Origin: Candidatus Spongiisociaceae bacterium
Lineage (GTDB): Bacteria; Actinomycetota; Acidimicrobiia; Spongiisociales; Spongiisociaceae
Direction of reading: 5' to 3'
Assembly (NCBI GenBank): GCA_965202665.1
Contig: OZ241841.1
Coordinates: 1,184,001 to 1,248,000, forward strand
DNA length: 64,000 nucleotides
Below the pieces are notes generated by a model. That model was not told where the DNA came from. It searched no databases and saw only the letters and a program-made list of their open reading frames with translations. Position 1 is the first letter of the stretch. The number at the start of each line of letters is the position of its first letter. This document shows positions 61,553 through 64,000 of the stretch, in pieces. A program made the translations under genes and the position numbers.

Positions 61553-63118
61553 TCAGCGCTCCACCAGTTTCATCTTGCGGTTGTAATAGTTGACCACCGA
61601 GGCCAGGCTGAGGCTGACGGCGGAGAAAAAGGTCATCCAGATGATGAACACCGCCAGGGCCTGGCCGGTCTGGTTGAAGATGGTCTGCCCCACCTGCACG
61701 ATTTCGGCGTAGGCCACCGCGATTCCCAGGGAAGTGTTTTTGGCCAGGTTCAGATACTGGGAACCGAGCGGCGGGAGGATAATGCGGGAAGCCTGCGGCA
61801 GCACCACCAGCCGCAAAGCCCGTCCCCGGTGCATCCCCAACGCGGCCGCCGCCTCCCCCTGTCCTTTGGGCACTCCCATAATCCCGGCCCGCACGATCTC
61901 GCCTATGAAAGCGGCCGTGTACAAGGTGACTCCCAGCCAGATGGCCAAAAAGCCAGGGGTGAGGGAATGGCCCGCCTCCTGCGAATACTGGGGGAAGCGG
62001 GTGGGAACCACCACCTCCGGGCGGGTGAAACGGAAAGGGTTGCCGGTGGAAAAATCGAATTTGGATGCCAGGAAATCAAAGGTGGGTTCCAACCCCCAGT
62101 TCATTTTGAAAAAGTCGCTACGCCCCAGCAGGCGATCCACGATGACCGCGCCCCATCCGGTCATGAAAAATACAGCTACCGCCAAGCCGATCACGCCCAC
62201 TAAGGCCATGCGGAAATAGTCCTCGTCGGTCAGTTTTGCCAACCCGGCCGGGGTGCGGCGGCTGGCCAGAAAGCGGCGGATGTACCAGAAGGCCAGCCAC
62301 AGGGCCAGCAGGGCCAGGACTATTTGCGCAACCAGCGCCGGTACCGCCCCCCACACCCAGGCCAAGGCGGAAAACACCCATCCCAGAATCCCCATGACCG
62401 GATGGGCGAACCATCCCGCCACCAGGAAGGCGACCACCACCGCGGCCGCCCAAGTGAAGGCGTAGGTTTCCCGGCCCTGTTCCTCCAACAGCGCCACCCG
62501 CCGTTTGTAAACCCAACGGGCGGCGAACAGGCCCGCCAGGACCAGGGCCAAATACTGCCATCGTCCGGCCAGGGGGGTGAGCCAGGGAAAAGCCACCCCT
62601 TTCGGACTGGCGAAAAACCATCCGGTTCCCTCCTGGTCGACTGTGAGGTCGGGGAAGGTGCTGATAACCAGGGCCAGCCAGAAAAAAACCTGCACCAAAA
62701 GCGGGATGTTGCGGAAAAACTCGATGTAGGCGTTGGCGATGCGGGACACGATCCAGTTGGAGGAAAGGCGGGCGATGCCGATGAGTGCCCCCAGCAGGGT
62801 GGCGACGATAATCCCGCTCCAGGTGACGCGCAACATGTTCACCATCCCCACCGTCATAGCCTCCAAAGAGGTGGCCGGGTCGGTGTTGAACCCCTCCCCC
62901 AGTTTGATTCCCACCGGCTCCCCCAGGAAATCCCAGGAGAAGGAGATGCCGGTGGCCCGCAGGTTGGCGGTGGCCTGGGTGATCAGAACCCACAGCATCC
63001 AGGCGAAGCCGAACAGGAAAACGATCTGCGCCACCCATTTCAAGATGAGGGCGTTGCGCCAGAAAGGGGGGCGGGCGTGTTCGGAGGCCCGGGAAGGAGG
63101 GCGGACCGGGGCGGTCAT
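61553..63118 (-). CDS. Amino-acid ABC permease (AapQ-like)
   Basis: IGIARLSSNW, YIEFFRNIPLL, YTAAFIGEIVRAGI, YLNLAKNTSL. Confidence 0.9.
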   Translation of the reverse strand: MTAPVRPPSRASEHARPPFWRNALILKWVAQIVFLFGFAWMLWVLITQATANLRATGISFSWDFLGEPVGIKLGEGFNTDPATSLEAMTVGMVNMLRVTWSGIIVATLLGALIGIARLSSNWIVSRIANAYIEFFRNIPLLVQVFFWLALVISTFPDLTVDQEGTGWFFASPKGVAFPWLTPLAGRWQYLALVLAGLFAARWVYKRRVALLEEQGRETYAFTWAAAVVVAFLVAGWFAHPVMGILGWVFSALAWVWGAVPALVAQIVLALLALWLAFWYIRRFLASRRTPAGLAKLTDEDYFRMALVGVIGLAVAVFFMTGWGAVIVDRLLGRSDFFKMNWGLEPTFDFLASKFDFSTGNPFRFTRPEVVVPTRFPQYSQEAGHSLTPGFLAIWLGVTLYTAAFIGEIVRAGIMGVPKGQGEAAAALGMHRGRALRLVVLPQASRIILPPLGSQYLNLAKNTSLGIAVAYAEIVQVGQTIFNQTGQALAVFIIWMTFFSAVSLSLASVVNYYNRKMKLVER

Positions 63119-63298
63119 CGGAGGCCGGCCCCGCCGGGGAGTTCCCGCTTGCTACGCATAGGGAAACATTAGCAATCCGCAGTAAGCCGGGGCGGCGTCG
63201 GCATCATCCCGCAACCGGCCGCCCTCTCCGCCGTCCGAGTCATTTCGGTGACGGGAAAGAGGGGGATGCGAGAAGGGGCGCGGGGGATAGCGGCCACC

Positions 63299-64000
63299 CT
63301 ATCGGCGTTTGTCGCTTATCAGAGCAACACCGGTCCTGGAGGCCGCCACCGCTTGCTTGGCTATGGAGGGAATCTCCACGGCCATTTCTTCGGGGCTGAA
63401 CTTCCCGGCCCAGTTGGCCAGATAACTGACTGCGTTGCCCTCTGTGCCACAAGTTACGTCATCGCTCGGCGCGCGGCCGAGCGACAAACCCATTAACCAG
63501 TTGGCGCTGTCGGCAATCAGCTCCTCCCTCGCGTAAGGGAGGGAACCGAATTCCGTCGATGTCTCTCTTTCCGTTCCCGGCAAGACCGATGTGGCGTGCG
63601 CCAGCTCGTGGCAGAGGGTAGATTCCGCGGCTGCAGCGTTTTCGAAACGCTCCAGGATGGGGAGGGTTATCAGCTTCTCCTTTGGTTGGAAACTACCGCT
63701 GGGAGCTTGTGGATCGAACTCAACCTCAATAGGCGAGCGGTCGTGGATCCTGTCGATCCATTCTCTAACTCTTTCAGTTCTCCCCGATACCTTCATTCTG
63801 GGCGGGTCCCATCCGTCAACCTGGTCGGCGTTGAAAACCGGCGCCATTCCAAACGACATGCGCAAGTTGGAAAAGGTTTGACATTTGTTGCATTTTGATT
63901 TGGTAAGTCCATGATCCTCGCAAACGCGGTACAGACGCGGCACGAAAATGTGCGTTGGCTTCTCGCCTTTGCGAACTTGGGCCTCCAAACCCTCCCATTG
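63299..64000 (-). CDS. ArdC-like protein (ssDNA-binding plus zincin-like domain), 5' end outside the window
   Basis: QVRKGEK, VFNADQVDG, ITLP...F, TLCHELAHAT, FGS..YAREELIAD, SYLANW. Confidence 0.8.
   Translation of the reverse strand, partial: QWEGLEAQVRKGEKPTHIFVPRLYRVCEDHGLTKSKCNKCQTFSNLRMSFGMAPVFNADQVDGWDPPRMKVSGRTERVREWIDRIHDRSPIEVEFDPQAPSGSFQPKEKLITLPILERFENAAAAESTLCHELAHATSVLPGTERETSTEFGSLPYAREELIADSANWLMGLSLGRAPSDDVTCGTEGNAVSYLANWAGKFSPEEMAVEIPSIAKQAVAASRTGVALISDKRR

Overview
High-GC window, probably from an actinobacterium (Acidimicrobiia-like; inferred from gene content). Ordinary cargo: a carnitine/butyrobetaine catabolic operon, a heterodimeric ABC exporter, an M20 amidohydrolase, Mo-hydroxylase maturation genes (coxE, split xdhC, mocA-like), rmuC, a hydantoinase/oxoprolinase AB pair with DUF885, a CoA-transferase AB pair, an amino-acid ABC transporter, and decayed ISL3, IS481 and IS110 copies. 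The striking part is four Type ISP (LlaGI/LlaBIII-like) restriction-modification genes. One is intact (7756-12591). Three tandem minus-strand copies (31.5-48.8 kb) are split: the constant C-terminal domain is a separate gene, and each large gene ends in an array of ~125-bp cassettes encoding alternative ~40-aa versions of one target-recognition-domain (TRD) segment. The cassettes sit in staggered reading frames behind G11-G13 tracts. Hand translation shows each tract acts as a three-way switch (first tip / second tip / stop-free pass-through). Slippage alone could therefore select any of 7 C-terminal tips in copies B and C, or 5 in copy A, with no recombinase. I do not know of a description of this frameshift multiplexer, and its function is inferred rather than shown.
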